A stretch of 62,865 nucleotides of DNA, filler included, from Globobulimina sp. (taxonomy: Eukaryota): NCBI GenBank assembly GCA_003354225.1. It is 35 parts of 35 records of this genome, joined end to end, with 100 filler letters (N's around TTAATTAATTAA, not from the genome) between each part and the next. Parts side by side here need not be neighbours in the genome. Positions count along the whole stretch, not along the records: positions 12,602 to 14,301 come from PIVH01012968.1; positions 14,402 to 16,101 come from PIVH01012969.1; positions 16,202 to 17,901 come from PIVH01012970.1; positions 18,002 to 19,701 come from PIVH01012971.1; positions 19,802 to 21,501 come from PIVH01012972.1; positions 21,602 to 23,300 come from PIVH01012973.1; positions 23,401 to 25,099 come from PIVH01012974.1; 28 more parts are not named here. The stretch is one strand, 5' to 3'. Position numbers and translations under genes: made by a program. Positions 12,502 through 23,572 of the stretch are shown in pieces; position 1 is the first letter of the stretch, and every line of letters begins with the position of its first letter. The notes under the pieces are model-generated. The model was not told where the DNA came from. It saw only the letters and a list, made by a program, of their open reading frames with translations, and did not search any database.

Positions 12502-12601
12502 NNNNNNNNNNNNNNNNNNNNNNNNNNNNNNNNNNNNNNNNNNNNTTAATTAATTAANNNNNNNNNNNNNNNNNNNNNNNNNNNNNNNNNNNNNNNNNNN
12601 N

Positions 12602-12901
12602 ATCCATATCAATACGTGGATTAAAATGCGTCAACATCAACCGGGAGAGACAAAACCGTCGCACCAGCTTCAAATCACCAGTCATCGAAACCTGTACACT
12701 TAGTTTCAAACTTTTGTATCGTTCTTTATTAATTGTTAATAATTTGTCAAATTTTTTGTTTCTAACATTTCCCAAATCAGACACTTCATAATTTGAACAT
12801 CCAACAATATCCTTCCATTGTTCAACTTTGGTTGAAAAGTTGTTTCTCAGAAACACTAAGTTCCCAAAGCCATTACATTTTCGGAGTAACAACAAATTCA
12901 T
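12602..12901 (-). CDS. NUMOD4-motif (HNH homing-endonuclease-associated) protein, 5' part
   Basis: EQWKDIVGCSNYEVSDLGNVRN matches the NUMOD4 pattern and is followed by LSRLMLTHFNP. Truncated by the contig end. Confidence 0.75.
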
Positions 12902-12998
12902 AGCTAGGTCGGTGCAAGGATACATTGTAACAAATGCATTAAACGGATACATTGTAACGATTTCAATTAACATTTGATTACATTAAATACGAACAAGC

Positions 12999-13643
12999 TT
13001 AATCAAAATGTCTAGATCTTGAATTTGAAAACTGTCTACGACCAAAACCCCGATCAAATCCACGACCTCTACCTCTGTAACCACCTCTTCCTCTTCCTCG
13101 GCCTCTCCCTCTCCCTCGATATCCTCCGCCATAATATACACCACGATTCCCTCCATAACTATTCTCATTATTACTCATTCCATATCCATACGAACGACTG
13201 GTATAACGACTATCATTCGTTTTATTTGCATTTGTTTCAATAGAAACATCCAAAAAATCACCAATCTCAAATTTTAATTGTTTTAATGTTTTTTGTGCCT
13301 CTTTATTGTGGTTATTCCGATCGATCCGCGTCACTTTGCCGCATTTTTTAACGACCATAGTTCCCTTTCGATCCGGATAGACCAAGGCAAAGGATAGCGA
13401 TGCATCGTAATTTGGCTTTTTCAATTCGGGAACAACTTCGGTTAATAGTTTTTTTAGTTCCAACAATGTGGCGTCCATCCATGTATGAATATGGATTTGC
13501 CCACTTTTCGGTAAATTACTTGGATCTCTATACTCCTCATCGTCAAAATGGCGGCCACGATGGACAAACACACGTATTAAAAATGGTGTTGTTTTCTCAC
13601 GATCTACAGAGAATGCTTTGGTGGAGGGACTATCTTGTGACAT
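12999..13643 (-). CDS. SAP18: Histone deacetylase complex subunit SAP18 with RG-rich C-terminal tail
   Basis: VDREKTTPFLIRVF, IHTWMDATLLEL, LSFALVYPD and KTLKQLKFEIGDFLDVSI. Confidence 0.95.
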   Translation of the reverse strand: MSQDSPSTKAFSVDREKTTPFLIRVFVHRGRHFDDEEYRDPSNLPKSGQIHIHTWMDATLLELKKLLTEVVPELKKPNYDASLSFALVYPDRKGTMVVKKCGKVTRIDRNNHNKEAQKTLKQLKFEIGDFLDVSIETNANKTNDSRYTSRSYGYGMSNNENSYGGNRGVYYGGGYRGRGRGRGRGRGGYRGRGRGFDRGFGRRQFSNSRSRHFD

Positions 13644-13693
13644 GATCAAACTGTGTCAGAGTGTCTAGCAAGTTTTTTTTTAGTGAAAGAAAT

Positions 13694-14275
13694 ATGGCAC
13701 AAGAAGATGCTAAATCTAATGAATATAGTGCATCAGAACAGTGGTCGCCTGCAGGGACCCAGGCAAAATTTAATGGAAATGTTGTGACATTCAGCACGAA
13801 TGGCTCAGCATATGGGACGAAATTAGTATCATCAGGTAAACATCAATGGACAATAAAATCAACATTTGCATCAACAAATTGTCAATGGGTTGGTGTATCG
13901 ACTCATTTTACAATATTGAATACCACATTCCATACCCAGCCAAATGCAATTTGGTGGTGTAATGGCTGTAAATGCATTGAAGGGAATGTTGGTTCCGGGT
14001 GGCAAGGTTCTATGTTTGCTGTGAAACCAAAGGAAAATTGGAAGAGTGGCGATTGTATAACAATTAAATTAGATTTAGATTCAAATACAATAGCATGGTT
14101 TAGAAATTCAAATGAAACGCCACATGCAACCTATTCAAATCTACCAAAAGGTAAATATAAAATTGCCGTTTATGGTAACGGGGGGCAGAGCGAAACATTT
14201 GAAATAGTATCATCAAGTGGACCAGACGATGGTTTACCAATTATATCAATTGAGAAAGAAGTCTCTGTAAATTGA
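13694..14275 (+). CDS. SPRY/B30.2-like domain protein
   Basis: SSGKHQWTIK, WVGVS, SGDCITIKLDLDSNTIAWFRN and YKIAV. Confidence 0.7.
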   Translation: MAQEDAKSNEYSASEQWSPAGTQAKFNGNVVTFSTNGSAYGTKLVSSGKHQWTIKSTFASTNCQWVGVSTHFTILNTTFHTQPNAIWWCNGCKCIEGNVGSGWQGSMFAVKPKENWKSGDCITIKLDLDSNTIAWFRNSNETPHATYSNLPKGKYKIAVYGNGGQSETFEIVSSSGPDDGLPIISIEKEVSVN

Positions 14276-14997
14276 AATATCACACGACAATCATAATGAA
14301 TNNNNNNNNNNNNNNNNNNNNNNNNNNNNNNNNNNNNNNNNNNNNTTAATTAATTAANNNNNNNNNNNNNNNNNNNNNNNNNNNNNNNNNNNNNNNNNNN
14401 NTGACTATTTTCTAACGTTTGATGATCATTTTCAAATTCTAATCATTTTCTGACTGTTTTATTAGTATTTGTCAATATCAGAAAAATTTTCCAATTATTA
14501 CAAAAACAGCTAGCAGAAAAGTCAGAAAAACAGCATTTATTTGAAACAGAAAAAGTTTAAAATTACATCTTGAATTTGAAACATATTATGTCTAGATGTT
14601 AGACAATAACTTATATACACAATCCATTCTTTCCTTATATCGACCATACCATCCATCATAATTTCTTCATATAGCGCTCTTAATAATTATAAGCTGGATA
14701 TAGCCAACCATTTAATTTATAAATACCCGCTAAGGATGGATCTGCAATATTCTGTTTTAAAATACCATATCCATTCAAATTAACCAGCTTGTAATAGTTG
14801 TGTCTGCTGACTATGATTTCATTTTGTACACTGTGTTCAGTGCACAAAATCGTACCGTTTCTGTGGAGAGAGCCAATATACCAGCAATCCGTTGGATGAT
14901 CGGACATTGAGATAGAAACCTTTTTTTTTTACAAAAGGCAAAAAACAGTCAATTCAAAGTTTTCGTAGTAGTGAACAAAAACGAGTTCAAGTTAATG

Positions 14998-16101
14998 CTA
15001 TTGGTTTTTGGCCTGCTTCGCCATCTCTTGCATATATTGCTGTCTCCATCGGTTCAAGCCAGCATTATGTATGATTTGCAACACCGTATTTGTATTCTGC
15101 CTCCACAGCGATAAACTTTTCGACAAATCCACCCATGAATTTTTATTAAACGTCCGTTGTTTCACTTTTGTAATCTCAATTCGCTGCGTTGAATAATCGA
15201 TTTTCGCAGACAATAATTTCTTTGTAATGGCTAAAATCACCAATTCTTCCAACTCATTTTGCGAATCCAATTGCAATCTCTCCAACAACGCATCAAACGA
15301 ATACAACGGAACACGTGCACCCAACGTACACAATGTCAACAATCTCATCTTTTTTTGTAAATGCGTATAAACCAAACCTAACTCAACCATTTTCTCCGTA
15401 TTTTGTGCATAAAACCTCTCAAAATCACCCACTTCGCCTTGGTACACAATCTCTAACAACGCATACAATTCCGCGTATTTTGCTGTTTTGCGCATCACAT
15501 TGCAAATAATATCCGCATGCATTAATTGCATTACATTTTCCATGTCAAACTCCTGCGAACTGATCGCCGCAATGATGGCTTGGGCGGCTTCGTCCACCAC
15601 ACTCAAATAATCCTTTTTTTCATCCTCCTGATCCAAATCAAATAATCTTAAATAACAAATCAAATATTTTAAATATGTTTCCTTTTCCGCGGCCTTTTGC
15701 GCTACGAAGGCGGCGGTTTGATATAAGCGTTTCTTGTCAGATAAATTCAAATATTTATCCCAATCCTTCTCAATCCATTCAGATAAACCATCCAAGCGAC
15801 CAGCAAATAGTTGCTGTGCTAGCGTGCTTTTTATGCGAGTGCCCACGTCCAACAATCGCTGCATTACTACCACACGAAACTCATTCTCGCGAGGGATCAG
15901 ATTGAATAATAAACACAATCTGTGGTGTAATTGAATAGAATTGAATTGAATTAAATGAGTGCAAGGATGTATGTGTGTGAGTATATGGAGCAATGTATGA
16001 CTCAACAATTTGATATTTAATTTGTTAAATTTGTCCGTTTGCGCGGACAACAGAGTGGAGATTTGATCAATATTTGAATTCAATGTAGCAACGTTCTCAA
16101 A
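14998..16101 (-). CDS. EIF3M: Translation initiation factor 3 subunit M (PCI domain), 5' truncated; in-frame intron 16006-15920
   Basis: KKMRLLTLCTL, ELEELVILAI..LLSAKID and QRTFNKNSWVDL..L..WRQN. Confidence 0.9.
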   Translation of the reverse strand, partial: FENVATLNSNIDQISTLLSAQTDKFNKLNIKLLSHTLLHILTHIHPCTHLIQFNSIQLHHRLCLLFNLIPRENEFRVVVMQRLLDVGTRIKSTLAQQLFAGRLDGLSEWIEKDWDKYLNLSDKKRLYQTAAFVAQKAAEKETYLKYLICYLRLFDLDQEDEKKDYLSVVDEAAQAIIAAISSQEFDMENVMQLMHADIICNVMRKTAKYAELYALLEIVYQGEVGDFERFYAQNTEKMVELGLVYTHLQKKMRLLTLCTLGARVPLYSFDALLERLQLDSQNELEELVILAITKKLLSAKIDYSTQRIEITKVKQRTFNKNSWVDLSKSLSLWRQNTNTVLQIIHNAGLNRWRQQYMQEMAKQAKNQ

Positions 16102-16201
16102 NNNNNNNNNNNNNNNNNNNNNNNNNNNNNNNNNNNNNNNNNNNNTTAATTAATTAANNNNNNNNNNNNNNNNNNNNNNNNNNNNNNNNNNNNNNNNNNN
16201 N

Positions 16202-17901
16202 CTGCAGAACAATTAACACAAAATGTATCCATATCGGCAACATTTAATCCTTTAACACATTACGATTTGTCTCAGTATTTGACAAAGTTAATATTGATTT
16301 GCCATGAATGTGATGATCAATTTCATGCAGATATGCAACAAATATTTAGTATTAATAAAGAGACCAAAGAAAACACGAAATTAGGTTTGGTTTATATGCG
16401 AGGACCCGTTAAAAAATTAGAACGTTGTTATGCTAAATGCCAATCTGATTACAGAGATGAAAAATTCCCGACAGCAGCTCACGTGTTAGATATTGTGCGC
16501 TGTAGTTTAATATTTGAAGATGTCTCCTCAATGTTGCTTGGAATGGATTTATTTCAGGAAACCTTAAAAACGAAAGAATTTTGTATTTTGGAGGTGGCGC
16601 GCGTCAAAAATGGCTTTTTAAAAGGAAGATATGCTCATGAAAAGGGTACAGTATATACTTGATATATACTTGCTATATAAATAAAAAAATGATATTTATG
16701 TTCTATTTAATATATAGCACGTTATACCGATATTAAATTCAATGTTATGATACGCAGCAAGAAATATAATGTGATTGGAGAGGTTCAATTTTTATTTCAG
16801 AAAATGTTGGATTATAAAAAGATTGCCCATTCATTGTATAATATAAAACGTACCAAAGAATTTGTGGATGATTTATCGCTGATATTGCCGGTCAAATTAG
16901 ATTTGGAAAAACAATTATTTATCCATGCAGCGCGAAACAATATCAATGGTTTAACAGATTTGATGGTGACACATAATTTTAATCAAGAAATGTTGTTACA
17001 ATTAAATCAACAAAAACAGTCCATATTAACTCCAATTTGTTCCATAAATTGCCAGAAAACATTAAATTTCTTAATTAATATAATTGCGCATAATGACATT
17101 AAACAGATATTAATAACACAGGATTCCTCCGGGTCATATCCGTTGAAACGAGCCATTGATAATAATCATTATAACGGAGTCTTAAAAAATATATTTGAAA
17201 ACGAGCAATTCGGCGCCAGTTTAATTAGAGAGAAAGACCACGCTCAAAAAACTCCGTTAAGCCGATGTTGGGATAGTAATAACGGGCTATGTTCATTATT
17301 GATTTTAAAAAATATTAAAGATAGAAAACAATTATTATCCATGATTGAAGATACAACCACCGGTATTACCTCATTGCAATATGCATTGCAATCCGGTGAT
17401 GTACAATGTGTACAATTTATTTTCCAGCAATTACAATACAATGATAAATTAGAAACAAAATTATTAACTTTTAAAGATTCTCAGTCGAAATCCAACTTTC
17501 ATTATGCTGCCAGAGGTGGCAATATCGAATGTATTGAATTATTATTATCAAAATGTCAAAATGAGCAACAAAAAAAAGAATTATTTGAACAGGATAAAAA
17601 TTTCCAATCACCTGCATTCGAAGCAATATTACAAGGTAAAAGCGAGTGTGTCGACTTTTTATTAGCTCAAATGAATAAGGCGCAGAAAAAAATATTTTTA
17701 AATACTAAATCGAAAATATTTTTAAATACTAAAATATTTTTAGATCCAATTAAATGTTTAAGAATGTTCAAATCCAAAAAACATGTGGAAACATTTAAAA
17801 TTGTGTTGTCCCACATTGACAGCGATGATTTGGGACTGTACGCTGTGTTTTTATTTGCAGCGGAAAATGATTTTGTTGAGCTCGCCCAATTAATCGTAAA
17901 C
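16202..17901 (+). CDS. RelA/SpoT-like nucleotidyltransferase domain fused to ankyrin repeats (partial); intron 16646-16717
   Basis: GPVKKLERCYAK, LDIVRCSLIF, RVKNGF, YTDIKFNV and GEVQF, then ankyrin-like units (TSLQYALQSGDVQCVQFI, NFHYAARGGNIECIELLL). Confidence 0.7.
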
Positions 17902-18001
17902 NNNNNNNNNNNNNNNNNNNNNNNNNNNNNNNNNNNNNNNNNNNNTTAATTAATTAANNNNNNNNNNNNNNNNNNNNNNNNNNNNNNNNNNNNNNNNNNN
18001 N

Positions 18002-19383
18002 GCGGACGAGGGACCCAAACATCTATCCCAACAGATAAATCGAACGAATCTCGACCTGGACGAGGACTTGGTAGAGGGAATCAACAAAATCAACAACACT
18101 CATCGAAATCACCCGGAAGACCAGGCATGTTATCTCGAGCATCTATAAGTTCTGCTGGATCAAGATCTTCTTCAAAGGAAAGGAAATATTTGACACCTCT
18201 AGAACAAATGGGAATCAATAAACGTCCAATAACTGAACGAACCGATTCATCCAGTCATTTACCCACCGAAGGACTCGCAAAAAAGAATAAACAAGATGAA
18301 CAAAACGAACCAGACATTGAAATTATACCCTCAGCGGAAGAAATGATACATGAAACGAGACAATTGTTACGGCTACCGGATTACCCATTACATTATGCCA
18401 AAGAATTCAATCAATCGAACCAATACCCTCCAGGTTTATTTGAACCATTAAAACCGAAACTATACGACCCAAGTAAACATCCATTAAAATGTATGTTCAT
18501 ACAAGAAAGAAAAGAGAAACCGCCACATATGAATCTTCCTCTAATAACTCTATGTCCCAGGATTACGGCAGAAGATATAGGACCGATATTTGATGTACAA
18601 AGTAAAAATAAAATCCCACCGAATCTAAACGTAGCAATCCTTGGTGACTCAACAGTAATAGGATTAGAAAATCAAATAACTGAAGTAATGAATGAACCAA
18701 TAGTGCACCAATTCATAAACTATTCCGGAACGAAAACATCAGGACATGTAATGAAAGGATACAGAATCAGAGAAATGGCCCCTTTTCTCCCCGGATTTAT
18801 CACTAATGACGAACATATAATTGTTATAAAAGGAATATTGGATACAGCTGATATAGTACACACACAATTAAAGGTAAAGAAAAATGAACCGAACGCTTGG
18901 AAGCATTTTTGTGATAATGTCATATCCGACTTGGAAACAACAATATTCAATATGGTATCAATACATGGCAATGTACTAATACTGGTATCATTAACACATC
19001 CTATACTTTCGGATACTGAATACTTATCGAACCCAAACGATCCTGGACATTTAAATCTAATCATGCAAATGGAAGAATATTACCGAGCCAAAATCGAAGA
19101 AATCGTACGATTATACAACATACCGGTCCGATACATCATGCTATGCACTGCAATAAAAGAGGAAGTATACAGACTAAAACGGGACGGAGAACAGGAACAA
19201 ATCAATGAAACAGGAATACAACAAATTATCCCTTTGGAACGACCATTGTTCTCATTCATAAATGGTATCAAACTTATGTATAATGGACGAAAACTATTGG
19301 CAAATGAAATCGCCAGAGAAACGATACAAGGATGGATAGAATTCAGTTCTTATGCATATGGAATGTTACATCCGGGAAACTAA
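18002..19383 (+). CDS. LINE ORF1-like protein with RG-rich N-terminal part and SGNH/GDSL esterase-like domain (5' open)
   Basis: Frame is open from the contig start (GRG..RGLGRG). VAILGDS resembles block I; INGIKLMYNGRKLLA resembles a degenerate DGxHxxxxG block. Confidence 0.6.
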
Positions 19384-19701
19384 ATGAGGTCAGTACTATT
19401 TATAATATACACAAACCTTTATGTAATAATCACATTTTAGAACCTACACAATGTTATCAACACGATACAAAGAAACGAAATTATACAAAGCCAAAGCCCA
19501 ATGAAATTGAACATAAATTTGATATCTTATATGCTAATGTGTGTTCTATGAATTCCAAGTGTGAACTTATACGTGATCATATTGAAACTATAAAACCTTC
19601 AGTATTATGTTGTGTCGAAACTAGATATAAGAACTGTCTAAATATCGAAAAATATGATAATTATGACAGTTTCCATAAAATGCAAATAGATAAAAAAACC
19701 G
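19332..19701 (+). CDS. LINE ORF2 N-terminus, APE-like endonuclease
   Basis: ILYANVCSMNSK..IETIKPSVLCCVET matches the retroelement APE motif I/II pattern. Confidence 0.8.
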
Positions 19702-19801
19702 NNNNNNNNNNNNNNNNNNNNNNNNNNNNNNNNNNNNNNNNNNNNTTAATTAATTAANNNNNNNNNNNNNNNNNNNNNNNNNNNNNNNNNNNNNNNNNNN
19801 N

Positions 19802-20151
19802 AATTAGCTGATGACAGCTGGGGAGTCAGTCCGTTAATTGGTATCATGCAAGATTCAATCAACAACCTTACAACATTTAAGCAATCTGCTTATTGGGATA
19901 GGAAAGGATATCAATATTGCGGTGGTAATGGATATCTCGATGCTTGTGATCGAAACGGCGCATTTTACACCGTTACATTTAAAAAAGAAACTGATATTTT
20001 GGAAATGATTTTAGATTTAAATAATTTGACCTTGCAATATATCATTAACGATAAAGACGATGGTCCTCAATTTGAAAACATTAAACCAGGTAAATATCGT
20101 TTGGCATTTACTGTGTCCAACTGCAAAGGATCAAAGTTTGTCATTTTGTAA
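19802..20151 (+). CDS. SPRY/B30.2-like protein, C-terminal part
   Basis: DILEMILDLNNLTLQYIIND..GKYRLAF, similar in style to 13694..14275. Confidence 0.65.
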
Positions 20152-20283
20152 ACTGTCCATGTTGTGCTGTTGATGTTTTTTTCTTTACGAACAATTTTTA
20201 CCCAACAACTCGCAGAGGAGAACACCATCCGTGCTTTGCTCCCATCTCTCAGCACATTAATTTGAGATCCCAGTCCTAAAAAA

Positions 20284-21501
20284 ATGCAACCGGATCCCTC
20301 CAAAATTCGCGAATTATTAAAAAAAACCACTCACCACGACAAAGATGAGCGTTTCATGGCCACCTCTGATTTAGCCGGCGAATTAGAAAAAATCGACGGC
20401 CAAATCGACAGTTCGTTGCAAACGCCAATCCGCGACGCCATCTTAAAGCAATTAGATGATACTTCAAATGACGTACAATCCATCGCCTGTCAGTGTCTAT
20501 GCCGTATCGTCCAAAAATTTGTGTGCCAGCAAGTGGAAGAGATCGTGGACAAATTGGGCGTCTTATTAGTCAACGGGCGCTTCGAATTGCGCGACATTTA
20601 CACCATCGCCTTAAAGAACATCATCTCGTCCGTGCCGGAGGACTTTGGCGAGAAAGTGAGCAAGAAATTGGTGCGCCAATTACTCGCCGGCCTGAAAAAG
20701 CGACAGAAGCAGACCGACACCGACGAGGAGCAAAAGGAGGAGGAACGCAACCATTTCAACCGCTTGATTGCGTGCTTGGATATTATGAAGGACTTATTGG
20801 GGCGCTTCGGGATGCAAATGGCCGACGACCATCCCTCCATATTGCAGACCATTGAGCCGATGCTGTCTGCCAAACAGATCGAGATCCGCAAGAAAGTGGC
20901 AGTGTGCTTGGGCGCGCTGGTGGGCACTGTGGGCGACGAGCTGTTCAACGGGCTGATGAATAACGTGATCAATGTGATCAAATCGGTCGACTTCCACGAC
21001 GTGAAGCTGTTCACTTTCATTCAGGCGGTGGGCATCTTTGCGCGCAACGCGGGGCAGAGAGTGAGCGTGTACTTGAAGGACATCGTGCCGTTACTGATCG
21101 CCATCTGCACGGACAGCAAAGTGGTGGAGGACAACAGCGAAGCGGCCATTGATTTGCGCGAGAATTGCCTGCAGACCTTCGACGTGATGATCATCCAATG
21201 TCCGAAGCAAATGTTGCAGCACACGGAGAAGCTCATGAATGTGGGCCTGACGCTGACGGCCTATGACCCCAATTACGACTACGGCGGAGGCGCCATGGAC
21301 GTGGACAGCAAGGACGAGGACGACGCCTTTGGCGACGATGACGGCTTCGACGATGACGGGTTTGATGATGACGGCTTCGACGACGATGACGGCGGTTGGG
21401 AGAATGACGAGAAAGGCGACGGAACCGGCGATATGATCTTGGAGGACGTGGGCGACGACGACACGTCGTGGAAGGTGCGGACCGCCGCCGTCAAGATGCT
21501 G
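20284..21501 (+). CDS. CAND1: Cullin-associated NEDD8-dissociated protein 1, 5' part
   Basis: DKDERFMATSDL, QLDDTSNDVQ, LRENCLQ, YDPNY and DDDTSWKVRTAAVK. Confidence 0.95.
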
Positions 21502-21986
21502 NNNNNNNNNNNNNNNNNNNNNNNNNNNNNNNNNNNNNNNNNNNNTTAATTAATTAANNNNNNNNNNNNNNNNNNNNNNNNNNNNNNNNNNNNNNNNNNN
21601 NCATAAATATTCATATATTAATAAATATTTTTTGATCGTAGATCATTCTTTTAATTTTAATTTTGCACTTTGTCAGCATATTTTTTTTCTTCTGTGGCGC
21701 TATATAGTTTTGTTGGACTTTTTTAGATTTTTATATTCAAAGGAATTAAGAAAAGGTTTAGTTTCAATCAAGTTTAGCAGAAACAATTAATGTAATATCC
21801 AGATGCAGACGATTATTTTCCCGGATTTTAACATTCTACTGGTTGAAGACGACAATTTTTTATTTTTTCGTCTTGTGCTGTCTTCTACGTGTACAGTAAG
21901 CTGTTTTTAATCTTAAATAAATAAACACGCGAATCAACGTACTGTAAAAATTCAAAACAAGTTAAATTAATTATCATTAATCCGAT

Positions 21987-23056
21987 TTAGAAACCTTTCA
22001 AATTACCATTGGAATCATATGAGGCAGCACATGCCAATGATGAAGCGACAAAATAATCGATCCGACATGATTCCAAAACTGTGACATTAATTGTTTGCGC
22101 AGTATCAACTGTTTCATTGCAAATATACGTAATCCGTTCTTCCGACCCAATTGCGCCGCCATTACAGGGCTCACCATTATAATATATAAATTCAAAAGTG
22201 CCACCATGTGCTGCACTATAACTTGGTTTATGATTTCCATTTTCCCAGTTTGCAATATACCGTTCACAAGTTCCAGTCGCAGTGTTATCCAATGAGCTCA
22301 TTACTTTCCTTGAACCACTTTGCTGAAAACAATTCAACCCATTTTGACACGGTGAGTAATAAATTCTATATCCATTATGGCCATCAAATCGTAGCGGATT
22401 AATCACTCGCAACGGGGCTAAATTCAATGTGGCAGATTCGCCTACAGTATATTGACAATTTGCATTCCGTGTATTCTCCGGAATACACGCTAATTTTGAC
22501 TCAATCGCTGTTTATTAATATTGTTATCTCAAACAGCACAATCAACAGTACATACTAAACTTATGTGATAGTCACAGGTTTGCATTTCCTGCACTCGATC
22601 CATGTACGCAACTGGTCCATTTTCAGCACACGTCCAATATATGGTGGTGCGTCTTGGCTGTTGAGTGAAAGAGCAAAATTCACCATTTTCATATTGGAAT
22701 ACAAACGATGCTGACGCAAGTGAGTAGGTTGGAGACTGTTTATTATCTACAGATAGATAATGATCGCACTGGTTTGCAGCTGGTATATACTGCGCCACAT
22801 TATTGGCAAAATTTGCATTTCCTTGCCTGCATTGAATACCATTGCGACAGGGTGTATAATAATAGGTTGCTTCTGCAGATAACGATAATTGAAGCGTCCA
22901 TTCTGATACAGATGTTAGATTTAATTCATATGGAGGACCTGCGCCATTGTTCACTGTATATATACATTCAAATGCATGTGTGGGCAGCATCAACGACAAG
23001 AAAAAAGTTAGTGGTGTCATGTTTAATACAATACCAAGGCTAGGTACAGAATTCAT
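21987..23056 (-). CDS. Secreted or membrane protein with two mannose-6-phosphate receptor homology (MRH) domains
   Basis: Two repeats of YYxPCxNGxxC..F.YxNGExC..R...y.C..C.Y...S.LAC. Intron 22560-22508 gives CDYHI|TIESKLAC. Confidence 0.8.
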
Positions 23057-23572
23057 AAAAATACATGACTAGTCATGAAAATAAGTAAATTTAATGTAAA
23101 CAGAAAAGAAACTAAACAGTAAACAAACGTACACAATTGCACGTACACACTGATAAACATTATTTAATAAACGTAAACTATAAAATAAATATAATAAACT
23201 AAAAAAAAATGGGGGGAAAAAAAAAGTAAAAGAATAAAAATATATAAATATAAAAAAAAAAAAAAAATTTCAATTATATCTGAGTCGATAATGAAAATAA
23301 NNNNNNNNNNNNNNNNNNNNNNNNNNNNNNNNNNNNNNNNNNNNTTAATTAATTAANNNNNNNNNNNNNNNNNNNNNNNNNNNNNNNNNNNNNNNNNNNN
23401 TAAAATCCGTAAATGAGGTTTTAAACTTTTAAAAAAACACTACAGTGACTACACTGTTTAATTGACATTTAAAATACAGTGGTTGATCTGGTATTGTCAC
23501 ATTCTAAATATATACACACAAACATTTTTGCTGGGTTTGTACTGAAAGTCTGAAACACTTATGCCCTGAAAC

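Larger units (their letters stand above)
18002..19701 (+). mobile_element. Non-LTR retrotransposon (LINE) fragment: ORF1 plus start of ORF2
   Basis: Intronless long ORF followed by an overlapping ORF carrying an APE-endonuclease N-terminus. Confidence 0.8.
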
